From Shigella phage TB004: a stretch of 64,000 nucleotides of DNA. Within the stretch, counting starts at the first letter, position 1, and each line of letters opens with the position of its first letter. Below the pieces are notes generated by a model. It had not been told where the DNA came from, made no database searches, and saw nothing but the letters and a program-made list of their open reading frames with translations. Shown in pieces: positions 40,173 to 50,417 of this stretch. Position numbers and translations under genes: made by a program. Where the stretch lies: sequence record MW822011; one strand, written 5' to 3'.

Positions 40173-41102
40173 ATGAAAACTCGTAAACATTATATTGATT
40201 ATTTTGACAGTCTTATTACTAAACACCGCAATTATCAGATCGGACACAGAGCAGTAATCAATAATATTCTTCGTGATTTCCTTCAATATGTTGGCCAGGA
40301 AAATCATATCTGTAAAGATACTCAAAACGCTTATTCTCATTCGTTAGGTAATTTGCTCGAATGGTTTAAACGTTCTCGTTTATTATCTTCTACTGTGGCT
40401 CGCGATAACATTAAAAACTTTATGAAGCCAAGCTTCATTAAAACTACGACATCTATAACCGATTTGGTTGAATTTACTATTGTTAACGATGTTAAAAAGA
40501 CCCATTTGGCTGATTGGTTATCTACCATTCCTGAAACTAAATTTGCTGATAAATTTGCTTGTCAATTCAATACCCAAGTGAATATGCTTTTTAAGCATGC
40601 TCGCAAACTATTTACCGCGGGCGATGACCGTACAAATACAGTTCATGTTAAGGATTGGGTTATTGCTGATGAAGTAACACACAAGCCAGGTGGTTCATCA
40701 GTGTTAATTAATATCCAGGTTCCTTATTATTACTCACGTAATCTCGGCACCATGACAGCTAAAGAAATTAATAAGCACAACAAAACTATTCGTTCGTTGT
40801 CTTATAAACTTCGCATGATGTTAAAAATTATGGACGTAGTGGAAATGTATGACGAAATCGAAGATAATGGTTCAATGTTATACAGTTCACGCATTCTAAT
40901 CAAACTGAAGAACCTTAATGCATATAAGACAGTTGTAAAAGAGCCTAAAGTAGAAAAGGTTGATAACCTGAGCGAAGAACGTGAATATCTCAATGCTCGC
41001 TTAATTGAAGTTGAAGCTCAGATTGCCGAACACACTAAATTGTTAAAAGCTCTTAATGCAAAAGCAAATGGTTTACGTAATGCTATTGAGGTATTGAAAT
41101 GA
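40173..41102 (+). CDS. coiled-coil-tailed protein, paralog 4 of 4 (309 aa)
   Basis: Internal HARKLFTAGDD motif and C-terminal coiled coil. Confidence 0.5.
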   Translation: MKTRKHYIDYFDSLITKHRNYQIGHRAVINNILRDFLQYVGQENHICKDTQNAYSHSLGNLLEWFKRSRLLSSTVARDNIKNFMKPSFIKTTTSITDLVEFTIVNDVKKTHLADWLSTIPETKFADKFACQFNTQVNMLFKHARKLFTAGDDRTNTVHVKDWVIADEVTHKPGGSSVLINIQVPYYYSRNLGTMTAKEINKHNKTIRSLSYKLRMMLKIMDVVEMYDEIEDNGSMLYSSRILIKLKNLNAYKTVVKEPKVEKVDNLSEEREYLNARLIEVEAQIAEHTKLLKALNAKANGLRNAIEVLK

Positions 41103-41416
41103 AAAAGCGTCTATTAGAAGATATTGCAGCTTCAAGTAATTCCAGTCTAATTAAAATTATTATGGCTGGTGAAGAAGACGATCTGGAAATGCGTGGAAAG
41201 ATTCATGGTTGTGACGATTTAGATTTTAAACCTCCAGCTTGGGATGCCATTATGGCTATGGTTGAACGCCGCGAAAGGGCTTCTAAAAACGTTCCTAATT
41301 GTCCTGAATGCGGTACTGAACAGGTTCAATTGGTCCATTGGCAGACTAGTATTCTTCGTTATAAATGTCGTCATTGCAAACACCGATTTGAGAGAGAAGA
41401 AAATGTCCAAGCGTAA
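41099..41416 (+). CDS. small zinc-ribbon protein (105 aa)
   Basis: C-terminal CPECG...CRHCKH. Confidence 0.45.
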   Translation: MKKRLLEDIAASSNSSLIKIIMAGEEDDLEMRGKIHGCDDLDFKPPAWDAIMAMVERRERASKNVPNCPECGTEQVQLVHWQTSILRYKCRHCKHRFEREENVQA

Positions 41417-41654
41417 AGAATATATGAAGACTGCTGAAATGGCAGTCCGCGAATTAGCAATAGCTTATTATTATGAACATGGTAAATTTCCTGATAGATA
41501 CAGCGTGCTTAAATCTGCTTTAACTCGTTCATATAAAAATATGCTATCGGAAGTAAGTGATATTATATACAAACATAAAGAACAAACGGGCCAAAGTCTT
41601 GATTACGACGAGACTTTTAAACAAGTACTAGGAATTAAGGAATATTATGTTTAA
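41402..41654 (+). CDS. hypothetical protein (about 84 aa)
   Basis: ATG within the longer ORF-track frame. Confidence 0.4.
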
Positions 41655-41910
41655 AGTATATGGTTATGATAGCAACATCCATAAATGTGTGTATTGCGAT
41701 AATGCAAAACGTCTTTTGACTGTGAAGAAACAGCCGTTTGAATTTATCAATATTATGCCGGAAAAAGGTGTTTTTGATGATGAGAAAATCGCTGAGCTTC
41801 TGACGAAACTAGGTCGTGATACTCAAATTGGTTTGACAATGCCACAAGTATTTGCTCCTGATGGAAGTCATATTGGTGGATTTGACCAATTGCGGGAATA
41901 CTTTAAATGA
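41647..41910 (+). CDS. nrdC: glutaredoxin/thioredoxin NrdC
   Basis: 87 aa, CVYC active site. Confidence 0.8.
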   Translation: MFKVYGYDSNIHKCVYCDNAKRLLTVKKQPFEFINIMPEKGVFDDEKIAELLTKLGRDTQIGLTMPQVFAPDGSHIGGFDQLREYFK

Positions 41911-42122
41911 TGCTCGAAGGAACTGATTATATCCATGACTACCGCGGAAGCGCGGTATATGTAGGTGATGAGGTTGCAGTTTATTACGGGTATGGAACTT
42001 TGATGACAGCAAAGGTTATTCAAATTAAAAATAATCGTGCTAAACTCGAAGTTTACTATTCTAATGGTGAAAAGTCTATTTCTAAATGGAAATACGGCGA
42101 TTGTATGGTCAAACTGGGATAA
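41907..42122 (+). CDS. hypothetical protein (71 aa)
   Basis: ORF. Confidence 0.4.
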   Translation: MMLEGTDYIHDYRGSAVYVGDEVAVYYGYGTLMTAKVIQIKNNRAKLEVYYSNGEKSISKWKYGDCMVKLG

Positions 42123-42399
42123 ATATGATTTACGATATTAGTGTATCAAGAACTCCGTCAATGGTTACTATTCCTGCTGAAGAATTAGATCGTCTTCAGA
42201 AAATTGAAGAACTTCTTTGGGAAATTGAATCTGATTTGCCATCAGGACTAGAATCCTGGATTGATTATGAAGAACTTAATAAGCTTCGGGGTTAAACCTT
42301 GGTGGGCGGCTAGATGGGAAACAGTAGAGCCAGAGCCGGAAGAACCGGTTTACACTGATGAAGAAACAGTATATAATGAACCTACAATAAATGACATAA

Positions 42400-42864
42400 T
42401 TGATATGGAGATGGGACATGATTACAGTAGATAAGTGGTTTAGAATTAATCGTGCTGATAAAGGGCTGTGTAATTATTGGCCGGAACTTAGTGCAGGTAC
42501 TGTCTTTAAAGTTCGTGAACTTGCAAAAGAATGTGAAGATGATATAGAACCTGATACTGGAATTATTGAAATTGAACTTTCTGACGGAAAGATTATTAAC
42601 ATCTACGATAAACCAATTACATATTGGTGCTTGTGGAATACTGAATCAGTAGAAAACGGCGAAATTGAAGAAGTCGTAGAACGAGTTGATCAAGCTCTTC
42701 ATAAACCTAAAGCTGGATTTCAAGGTGAACGCATTTCATATGCATTAGCTAAATTAGCTGCACAAGAAAATAACGATGGCTATGAAGGAAATTTGATGCA
42801 AGCTGCAGCAGAATATATTGAATGGCTTGAAACTCAAATTTCTTTTTCTGAACGAGCATTTTAA
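42400..42864 (+). CDS. hypothetical acidic protein (154 aa)
   Basis: ORF upstream of gene 49. Confidence 0.45.
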   Translation: MIWRWDMITVDKWFRINRADKGLCNYWPELSAGTVFKVRELAKECEDDIEPDTGIIEIELSDGKIINIYDKPITYWCLWNTESVENGEIEEVVERVDQALHKPKAGFQGERISYALAKLAAQENNDGYEGNLMQAAAEYIEWLETQISFSERAF

Positions 42865-42912
42865 TACTTGAAAATAATAAATACCCTTATCTATTTAAGG
42901 TAAGGGTTTATT

Positions 42913-43386
42913 ATGTTATTGACTGGCAAATTATACAAAGAAGAAAAACAGAAATTTTATGATGCACAAAACGGTAAATGCTTAATTTGCCAACGAGAAC
43001 TAAATCCTGATGTTCAAGCTAATCACCTTGACCATGACCATGAATTAAATGGACCAAAAGCAGGAAAGGTACGTGGGTTGCTATGTAATCTCTGCAATGC
43101 TGCAGAAGGTCAAATGAAACATAAATTTAATCGTTCTGGCTTAAAGGGACAAGGTGTTGATTATCTTGAATGGTTAGAAAATTTACTTACTTATTTAAAA
43201 TCCGATTACACCCAAAATAATATTCACCCTAACTTTGTTGGAGATAAATCAAAGGAATTTTCTCGTTTAGGAAAAGAGGAAATGATGGCTGAGATGCTTC
43301 AAAGAGGATTTGAATATAATGAATTTGACACTAAAACACAATTAATAGCTTCATTTAAGAAGCAGCTTAGAAAGAGTTTAAAATGA
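42913..43386 (+). CDS. 49: recombination endonuclease VII (gp49)
   Basis: 157 aa with CLICQ...H-D-H-E...CNLCN zinc motif. Confidence 0.85.
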   Translation: MLLTGKLYKEEKQKFYDAQNGKCLICQRELNPDVQANHLDHDHELNGPKAGKVRGLLCNLCNAAEGQMKHKFNRSGLKGQGVDYLEWLENLLTYLKSDYTQNNIHPNFVGDKSKEFSRLGKEEMMAEMLQRGFEYNEFDTKTQLIASFKKQLRKSLK

Positions 43387-45200
43387 CAATTGAAAAAGAA
43401 ATTGAAGGATTGATTCATAAAACTAATAAAGACCTTTTAAACGAGAATGCTAATAAAGATTCTCGTGTTTTTCCAACTCAACGGGACCTTATGGCTGGTA
43501 TTGTGTCTAAGCACATTGCCAAAAATATGGTCCCGTCTTTTATTATGAAAGCACATGAAAGCGGAATCATTCACGTGCATGATATTGATTATTCTCCTGC
43601 TCTTCCGTTTACTAATTGCTGTTTAGTAGATTTAAAAGGAATGCTTGAAAACGGATTTAAATTAGGCAATGCACAGATTGAAACTCCTAAATCAATCGGT
43701 GTTGCTACTGCAATTATGGCACAAATTACTGCACAGGTTGCTTCCCATCAATACGGCGGAACGACTTTTGCGAATGTAGACAAAGTACTTTCTCCTTATG
43801 TTAAACGCACCTATGCAAAACATATTGAAGATGCAGAAAAATGGCAAATCGCTGATGCGTTGAATTATGCCCAATCTAAAACAGAAAAAGACGTATACGA
43901 TGCGTTCCAAGCTTATGAATATGAAGTAAATACTCTCTTTAGTTCAAACGGACAAACTCCTTTTGTAACAATTACATTTGGTACGGGAACTGACTGGACT
44001 GAACGAATGATTCAGAAAGCAATTCTGAAAAATCGCATTAAAGGTCTTGGCCGCGACGGGATAACTCCTATTTTCCCTAAACTTGTTATGTTTGTTGAAG
44101 AAGGTGTTAATCTTTATAAAGACGATCCGAACTATGATATTAAGCAGCTTGCTCTAGAGTGTGCAAGCAAAAGAATGTATCCTGATATTATTTCAGCTAA
44201 GAACAATAAAGCTATCACCGGTTCATCTATTCCTGTTTCTCCAATGGGTTGCCGTAGTTTCTTGAGCGTATGGAAAGATTCGACTGGTAATGAAATTCTT
44301 GATGGACGTAATAATCTTGGCGTTGTAACACTGAATCTTCCTCGTATTGCATTAGATTCTTATATTGGAACACAGTTCAATGAACAGAAATTTGCCGAAT
44401 TGTTCAATGAACGAATGGATTTGTGTTTTGAAGCATTGATGTGTAGAATTAGTTCATTAAAAGGAGTTAAATCTACTGTTGCTCCTATTCTTTACCAAGA
44501 AGGTGCATTCGGGGTTCGTCTTAAACCCGATGATGATATAATTGAGTTATTTAAAAACGGTAGAAGTTCAGTATCCCTAGGATACATTGGTATTCACGAA
44601 TTGAATATTCTTGTCGGTCGTGATATTGGTCAGGAAATTTTAACTAAAATGAATGCACATCTTAAGCAGTGGACTGAAAGAACTGGTTTTGCTTTTAGCT
44701 TGTATTCTACACCTGCTGAAAACCTGTGTTATCGCTTCTGTAAACTCGATACCGAAAAATATGGAAGTGTAAAGGATGTTACTGATAAAGGCTGGTACAC
44801 TAACAGTTTCCATGTTTCAGTAGAAGAAAATATCACTCCGTTTGAAAAGATTTCTCGCGAAGCGCCATATCATTTCATTGCGACAGGTGGTCACATTTCT
44901 TATGTTGAACTTCCTGATATGAAAAATAACCTAAAGGGTCTTGAGGCTGTATGGGATTATGCTGCACAACATTTAGATTATTTTGGTGTTAATATGCCAG
45001 TAGATAAATGTTTTACATGTGGAAGTACCCATGAAATGACTCCTACTGAAAACGGATTTGTTTGTTCTATTTGTGGAGAAACTGATCCTAAAAAGATGAA
45101 CACAATAAGAAGAACATGCGGATATTTGGGAAACCCGAACGAACGCGGATTTAATCTTGGTAAAAATAAAGAAATCATGCATAGGGTTAAACACCAATGA
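43383..45200 (+). CDS. nrdD: anaerobic ribonucleoside-triphosphate reductase NrdD (uninterrupted)
   Basis: 605-aa continuous ORF ending in glycyl-radical motif RRTCGYLGNP and Cys cluster. Confidence 0.9.
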   Translation: MTIEKEIEGLIHKTNKDLLNENANKDSRVFPTQRDLMAGIVSKHIAKNMVPSFIMKAHESGIIHVHDIDYSPALPFTNCCLVDLKGMLENGFKLGNAQIETPKSIGVATAIMAQITAQVASHQYGGTTFANVDKVLSPYVKRTYAKHIEDAEKWQIADALNYAQSKTEKDVYDAFQAYEYEVNTLFSSNGQTPFVTITFGTGTDWTERMIQKAILKNRIKGLGRDGITPIFPKLVMFVEEGVNLYKDDPNYDIKQLALECASKRMYPDIISAKNNKAITGSSIPVSPMGCRSFLSVWKDSTGNEILDGRNNLGVVTLNLPRIALDSYIGTQFNEQKFAELFNERMDLCFEALMCRISSLKGVKSTVAPILYQEGAFGVRLKPDDDIIELFKNGRSSVSLGYIGIHELNILVGRDIGQEILTKMNAHLKQWTERTGFAFSLYSTPAENLCYRFCKLDTEKYGSVKDVTDKGWYTNSFHVSVEENITPFEKISREAPYHFIATGGHISYVELPDMKNNLKGLEAVWDYAAQHLDYFGVNMPVDKCFTCGSTHEMTPTENGFVCSICGETDPKKMNTIRRTCGYLGNPNERGFNLGKNKEIMHRVKHQ

Positions 45201-46036
45201 ATTACGATAGATTTTATCCCTGTGATTTTGTGAATGATAAATTAACTTTAATATTTGAAGAAAATAATGATTTATTATTGTCATATGTTGATTTGATAAT
45301 AAAAAATTATAATAATCCTAAAATAAAGGGGAAAACGGAAGCACATCACGTGCTTCCCAAATCTATATTTCCTGAATATAAAACAGATAAATGGAATATT
45401 GTTAATTTGTCATATTATGACCATGCATTGGCTCATTACTATTTAGCTAAAACAAGTAATAGTAAAATGTGTTATGCCTTTCATAGAATGATAAACTCGA
45501 ATACTGATAGATTTAATACTGATGAATTGGATGAAATTTTTAAATTGTATTCCAAAGAAAGGGAATTATTTCACCGCTCTATGTCAAAATTATCGAAAAA
45601 TATATGGAAAGATGACGATTTTAGAAAAAGACATAGCGAACTAACTAAGTTAGCAATGCAAAAACCTGAAGTTAGAAATAAAACTTTATTAAATTTGTCA
45701 AATGCAATGAAAACTGATAAAGTTAGAAATAAAATTTCAAGGCTAACTAAGTTAGCAATGCAAAAACCTGAAGTAAAAGAAAAACATAGAAATTCATTAA
45801 AGCTGGCGTATGCAAATCCTGAGGTTATGAAAAGGAAACATCAGCGTCTTCGAGAAAAATATACTCTTAATTTATTTGGCGCATATAAAGATGGTGTTCT
45901 TTTAAAAACATTTAATTATATACCAGACGCAGCAAAATATTTTAATATTTCTAGCAAAGGAAATATTTTAAAATGTTTAAATGGCGAACGTAAAAGTGTT
46001 GAAGGCTATAATTGGAAATATATAAATGAATTATGA
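45197..46036 (+). CDS. HNH homing endonuclease (Mob-like) between nrdD and nrdG
   Basis: HNH motif EAHHVLPKS...NIVNLSYYDHALAH; N-terminal 14 codons mimic nrdG; C-terminal DNA-binding module. Confidence 0.7.
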   Translation: MNYDRFYPCDFVNDKLTLIFEENNDLLLSYVDLIIKNYNNPKIKGKTEAHHVLPKSIFPEYKTDKWNIVNLSYYDHALAHYYLAKTSNSKMCYAFHRMINSNTDRFNTDELDEIFKLYSKERELFHRSMSKLSKNIWKDDDFRKRHSELTKLAMQKPEVRNKTLLNLSNAMKTDKVRNKISRLTKLAMQKPEVKEKHRNSLKLAYANPEVMKRKHQRLREKYTLNLFGAYKDGVLLKTFNYIPDAAKYFNISSKGNILKCLNGERKSVEGYNWKYINEL

Positions 46037-46496
46037 CAGAATATATCCGTGTTGCTTTGTTAATGGTCCTGGGTGCCGAACTGTTCTTTTCGTTACGGGG
46101 TGTTTGCATAAATGTGAAGGATGTTATAATAAATCAACATGGAATGCTAGAAATGGCGTTCCATTCACTGGTGAAACACTGGAACAATTAATTGAATGTT
46201 TGAATAATGATTATATAGAAGGATTAACTATAACTGGAGGAGACCCTCTCTATCCTGATAACCGAGATGTTATTCATTGCATCGTTCAAACAGTAAAAAA
46301 TCTTTATCCCAATAAAAGCATTTGGTTGTGGACAGGATACAAGTTTGAAGATATTAAACAACTAGAAATGCTTAAATATGTTGATGTTATTATTGATGGG
46401 AAGTATGAGAAAAATCTTCCGACCAAAAAGCTGTGGCGAGGTTCAGATAATCAGCGACTTTGGTCAAATACCGATGGGGTGTGGAAACATGATTAA
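46026..46496 (+). CDS. nrdG: anaerobic RNR activating protein NrdG (radical SAM)
   Basis: Cys motifs CRTVLFVTGCLHKCEGC. Confidence 0.85.
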   Translation: MNYDRIYPCCFVNGPGCRTVLFVTGCLHKCEGCYNKSTWNARNGVPFTGETLEQLIECLNNDYIEGLTITGGDPLYPDNRDVIHCIVQTVKNLYPNKSIWLWTGYKFEDIKQLEMLKYVDVIIDGKYEKNLPTKKLWRGSDNQRLWSNTDGVWKHD

Positions 46497-46610
46497 ATTG
46501 AATTATATTATGGACACTATAAATGATATGATTTTTCATTTTGGTCCAGAATTTTATTCGCAGTATAGTTTAGTACTTATCAATGCTTGGTTAATCAATT
46601 AAGGGTAAAT

Positions 46611-46826
46611 ATGTATAAATTTCGTAAAGGTTTAGCTGATTTTCTTACAACCGTAACGTTCTTTTTGTTTATGGCAGTTGGTGCTATTTTTCTTATTCCT
46701 TTTATTGCTATATTTTTCGTGATTAGCTTAATTTCTCCAGAAAAAGGCTTATCTTCTAGCGAATTCAATGAGCGTCTGGATAAAATTACTAACAAGCTGA
46801 ATTCTGTTCTTGATAAAAAGGCTTAA
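46611..46826 (+). CDS. small membrane protein (71 aa)
   Basis: MYKFRKGLADFLTTVTFFLFMAVGAIFLIPFIAIFFVISLI... Confidence 0.4.
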   Translation: MYKFRKGLADFLTTVTFFLFMAVGAIFLIPFIAIFFVISLISPEKGLSSSEFNERLDKITNKLNSVLDKKA

Positions 46827-46828
46827 TT

Positions 46829-47140
46829 ATGATTAGTTTTGAGCAGTATGTGGTAGAGAGTTGGAAAGGTTTTGATATGTTCGGTAATGACTATTATTTC
46901 TATGAATGTAGTCTAAATCCTAGTTTTTGGGCTGGACGTGAACGAGAACTCGAAGAAATTAATAACCGTGCTGAATTGTTAGGTGAATTACCTACGGTTT
47001 ATTTTACCTTTGATGCATCTGGATTTGTTATCCAGGTTTATTTTCCTGAAGAAAATTCTGGCGATGATTCTGTTAACCCGCCATACTGGGCTTATCAAGG
47101 AATTATTTCTCGTGGAACAAAACTCGAACTTAAAGAATAA
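46829..47140 (+). CDS. hypothetical protein (103 aa)
   Basis: ATG-initiated ORF. Confidence 0.45.
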   Translation: MISFEQYVVESWKGFDMFGNDYYFYECSLNPSFWAGRERELEEINNRAELLGELPTVYFTFDASGFVIQVYFPEENSGDDSVNPPYWAYQGIISRGTKLELKE

Positions 47141-47141
47141 G

Positions 47142-47435
47142 ATTGAAGTCTATGGAATTCCAGATGAAGTAGGTCGTTGTCCTGGATGTCAATCAGTTAC
47201 AAAACTTCTAAAGGAGCTCAATGCTCCTTTTACTTTCTATAAAGTTCTTACAAATAATGGTAAGATTGAGTATGATCGTCCACTGATTGTATCTCTTGCT
47301 AAACGAGCTGGATTCACATCTCTTAACATTCGTTATCCAGTCATTTTCATCAATGATTCTAGACAAAAGAACATTAAACACTTCAAAGAAACTCTCATTT
47401 CACTTGGATATGATAGAGATATCATAGAAGACTAA
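47142..47435 (+). CDS. glutaredoxin-like NrdH-type protein; start codon uncertain
   Basis: KIEVYGIPDEVGRCPGCQ thioredoxin-fold motif; no in-frame ATG at the conserved N-terminus. Confidence 0.45.
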   Translation: MEVYGIPDEVGRCPGCQSVTKLLKELNAPFTFYKVLTNNGKIEYDRPLIVSLAKRAGFTSLNIRYPVIFINDSRQKNIKHFKETLISLGYDRDIIED

Positions 47436-47438
47436 GAC

Positions 47439-47453
47439 AGGCCCTCTGGGCCT
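47439..47453 (+). terminator. hairpin AGGCCC-TCT-GGGCCT followed by T-rich run
   Basis: 6-bp GC stem after the stop. Confidence 0.45.
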
Positions 47454-47531
47454 TTCTTTCTCACATTCTGTATATTACCATTCTAAGCTATCGTTCCCTT
47501 CTTATCATTCCCTAAAATAATTTTCACAAAG

Positions 47532-47565
47532 TTGTTTACAAGAAGTTCAAACTATGGTATTATTG
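47532..47565 (+). promoter_or_regulatory. T4-type early promoter
   Basis: GTTTAC ... TATGGTATTAT. Confidence 0.5.
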
Positions 47566-47762
47566 ACATATGAATTGCCTTTGAGGATTTGATATGGTTG
47601 ATAAAGAGATTAAAAGGGACCAGTATTATCGTGTTAACGGACATATTGTTATTGTTACAGCAGTAGATGATCTAGATGTTCATTATACTGTACTTAAATG
47701 GAACAAACACATGATTTGTGACCGTGCTGTATTTAGTTCAGTTGCTAAGGAAATTAAACTCC

Positions 47763-48056
47763 ATGGGTAAAACGTATCGTCGTAAAGATTTAAAAGTACG
47801 TGATTATGACTATTTCGGAAAGCGTAAAGCTCCTGATGGTGTAAGTCATAAAGATATGGTTGAAAACATTTTTCGCTCAGATAAATGGCGTAGAATGAAA
47901 GGCATTGATTCAGAAGTTAAAGATGAGCTAAACCGTCAATTGCGTAGTGAAGTAAGAAAGTTGAAAAAATCAGTTTACATTGACGATGATTTTGATTACA
48001 ATACTTCTCAACGAGTTGCTAAGCGTAAATCAAACGAGTGCTATCGTTACAGCTGA
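47763..48056 (+). CDS. hypothetical basic protein (97 aa)
   Basis: MGKTYRRKDLKVRDYDYFGKRK... Confidence 0.4.
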   Translation: MGKTYRRKDLKVRDYDYFGKRKAPDGVSHKDMVENIFRSDKWRRMKGIDSEVKDELNRQLRSEVRKLKKSVYIDDDFDYNTSQRVAKRKSNECYRYS

Positions 48057-48195
48057 GGAAAATATGAATATCAAACGAATGCTTTTTAAACAAGGATTAT
48101 ACACTTTAAATGTTGCTCCAAAAGGCGATACGACCAAGTGGTCAGTAAATGACTGGATTAAATTCATTGATGAAAACGGTAACTGGAAAATTTAA

Positions 48196-48396
48196 ATGAA
48201 TCCTGAATCTAAATTATCACAACGAATTGCTGAAGAACGTGCCAAATTTTTCCAGAACATGAAACACAATGGTATTGAGGATGAAGTTTTTCTAAATTGG
48301 TTCTGGAATAATAAGTATGCAGCATGTGAAGGAGCTTTGTCATTGTCAGTCGCAATGATGTACGAAGGCTGGAAAGGTGCCAAACGGTTTAGCTAA
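48196..48396 (+). CDS. hypothetical protein (66 aa)
   Basis: ORF followed by terminator. Confidence 0.4.
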   Translation: MNPESKLSQRIAEERAKFFQNMKHNGIEDEVFLNWFWNNKYAACEGALSLSVAMMYEGWKGAKRFS

Positions 48397-48416
48397 GGGC
48401 TTCGGCCCTTTTTTGG
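48394..48416 (+). terminator. rho-independent terminator (AAGGGC-TTCG-GCCCTT + T-run)
   Basis: UUCG hairpin plus TTTTTT. Confidence 0.65.
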
Positions 48417-48449
48417 ATAATAAAATTTTAACGTAATTGAGGATAATGT

Positions 48450-48776
48450 ATGACTATTCAAATTAAAAACGCCATCAATTCTTACGCATATGATAAAGTA
48501 GTTTCTTTGCTAGAAAAAGGCGATATTGTAACTCCTCAAATTTTGGATAAATGGGAAAAAGAGCTTCATCAGACGATGAAACAGAATGATCAGAAAATTG
48601 GGCGCAATACTGTCCGTGAATTGTTGGTTCAATATATCTTGTCAGAATTTGATGTTAAAGCTTTTGGTGTAGAATCTAAAGCTTATCAAAAGCGTGAAAT
48701 TTCTGATAAAACTATTCGTCGTATGAAAAATCAACGCAAGAAAAAATTTGCTGATCTGAAAATTACTAAGGCATAA
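48450..48776 (+). CDS. hypothetical protein (108 aa)
   Basis: ORF. Confidence 0.45.
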   Translation: MTIQIKNAINSYAYDKVVSLLEKGDIVTPQILDKWEKELHQTMKQNDQKIGRNTVRELLVQYILSEFDVKAFGVESKAYQKREISDKTIRRMKNQRKKKFADLKITKA

Positions 48777-48778
48777 TT

Positions 48779-48994
48779 ATGAACGAAGCTCTTATTAACG
48801 ATTTGCGTCTTGCTGGATATGAAGTAAATACAAACGGCATTGGTTTAACTCAAATTGAAGGAAATGGATTCATCCTTGAGTATGAATTTAGCCAATGGTG
48901 GTTATACGCTAATTACGGCGAATTGATTGAATACGTTGACCAATTTGATTCACTAGATGCAGCTCTTGAAGCGGCTAAGTTGATGAATGCATGA
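48779..48994 (+). CDS. hypothetical protein (71 aa)
   Basis: ORF. Confidence 0.4.
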   Translation: MNEALINDLRLAGYEVNTNGIGLTQIEGNGFILEYEFSQWWLYANYGELIEYVDQFDSLDAALEAAKLMNA

Positions 48995-49260
48995 AATTTA
49001 TTAATATTTCTATTACTATTGAAAATTATGGAATTTTCTATGTTGACCAATATATGAAAATTTCATTTTTCCCAAATAAGACTGGTGTTGGATATTGGGA
49101 AAGCCATGTTTCTGAATTAAATGAAAGCGAATATGTTAGCACACATGAAAAGTTTTTAGACTTTTTATATCATGCTGATTTAACTAGTCATTACATAGAT
49201 ATTCATGAATTTAAAAAGATGATGGAGAAAGTGTTCCAAGCATACTGTTTACTTAGATAA
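48991..49260 (+). CDS. hypothetical protein (89 aa)
   Basis: ORF. Confidence 0.4.
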   Translation: MKFINISITIENYGIFYVDQYMKISFFPNKTGVGYWESHVSELNESEYVSTHEKFLDFLYHADLTSHYIDIHEFKKMMEKVFQAYCLLR

Positions 49261-49332
49261 CTGATATCCTCTATGCTTTAAGATAGATCTTCAAATATTA
49301 TGATATAATAGATCTATGAATTGAGCTAAGAG

Positions 49333-49896
49333 GTGAAAATGTCAGAAACTAAGCCTAAATATAATTACGTAAACAATAAAGAGCTTTTACAAGCTATTAT
49401 TGATTGGAAAACAGAATTAGCAAATAATAAAGACCCAAATAAAGTAGTTCGTCAGAATGATACTATCGGATTAGCCATTATGCTTATTGCAGAAGGCTTA
49501 TCTAAACGTTTCAACTTTTCAGGATACACCCAATCTTGGAAACAAGAAATGATTGCAGATGGTATAGAAGCTTCTATTAAGGGGCTTCATAATTTTGATG
49601 AAACGAAATATAAAAACCCACATGCATATATAACTCAAGCTTGTTTTAATGCATTCGTCCAACGTATTAAAAAAGAACGTAAGGAAGTTGCAAAGAAATA
49701 TAGTTACTTCGTTCACAATGTCTATGACAGTCGTGACGACGATATGGTTGCGTTAGTAGATGAAACTTTTATTCAAGACATCTACGATAAAATGACGCAT
49801 TACGAAGAATCAACCTATAGAACACCAGGGGCTGAAAAGAAAAGTGTTGTAGACGATTCTCCTAGTTTGGATTTTTTATATGAGGCTAACGATTAA
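49333..49896 (+). CDS. 55: late-transcription sigma factor gp55
   Basis: 187 aa; size and position, [24 protein letters not shown]... Confidence 0.8.
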
Positions 49897-50098
49897 CCTC
49901 TCCGGATTCTTGGAAGAAATACCTGAAGTTGAAGCTATTCCCTATTTACTTAAAATGTATCTCAGGGAAGTTTTAGCTCTTGACATTGATATTGATCCAG
50001 AAAATCCGTATGATACCGCTTTTAAATCTAATGGTGTAGAATTAAACTATCGGTATCATTTAACAGATGATGATTTTTATTTTATATTAGAGAAATAA
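49880..50098 (+). CDS. hypothetical protein (72 aa)
   Basis: ORF overlapping the gene 55 end. Confidence 0.35.
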
Positions 50099-50099
50099 T

Positions 50100-50417
50100 A
50101 TGACTGATAAACCCGAAATTAATGATGAAGTGGAAAAGCTTATTTCTTCTATTGAAGAAAAGAACCGTCTTGAAGCAGAAAGAAAAGCAAATAAGTTATT
50201 GTCTAAAAACAAACGCGAACTGAACCGTCTTTATAAACACGCTCAGATTGCAGCTGAAAACAATAATTTTGCTCAATACGAATATGCTATCAAGAAAAGT
50301 CGGGATATTCTAAAACAGCCATATAACGATGAACTTATTAGTATTCTTTGGAAGACTACTAGATCGCAGATTGAGGATATGATTGATGCTTACACACGTA
50401 AAATTCAAGCGTCTTAA
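50100..50417 (+). CDS. hypothetical protein (105 aa)
   Basis: ORF. Confidence 0.4.
   Translation: MTDKPEINDEVEKLISSIEEKNRLEAERKANKLLSKNKRELNRLYKHAQIAAENNNFAQYEYAIKKSRDILKQPYNDELISILWKTTRSQIEDMIDAYTRKIQAS

Noticed and set aside
43383-45200. Group I intron or homing endonuclease inside nrdD (as in T4)
   Set aside because: nrdD reads as one uninterrupted 605-codon frame with the glycyl-radical motif at the C-terminus; the endonuclease gene lies after the stop.
46378-47140. ORF-track CDSs 46378-46602 and the N-terminal part of 46983-47435
   Set aside because: They overlap the nrdG 3' end and the 46829-47140 gene in other frames; only the portion after 47142 has the glutaredoxin-like sequence.
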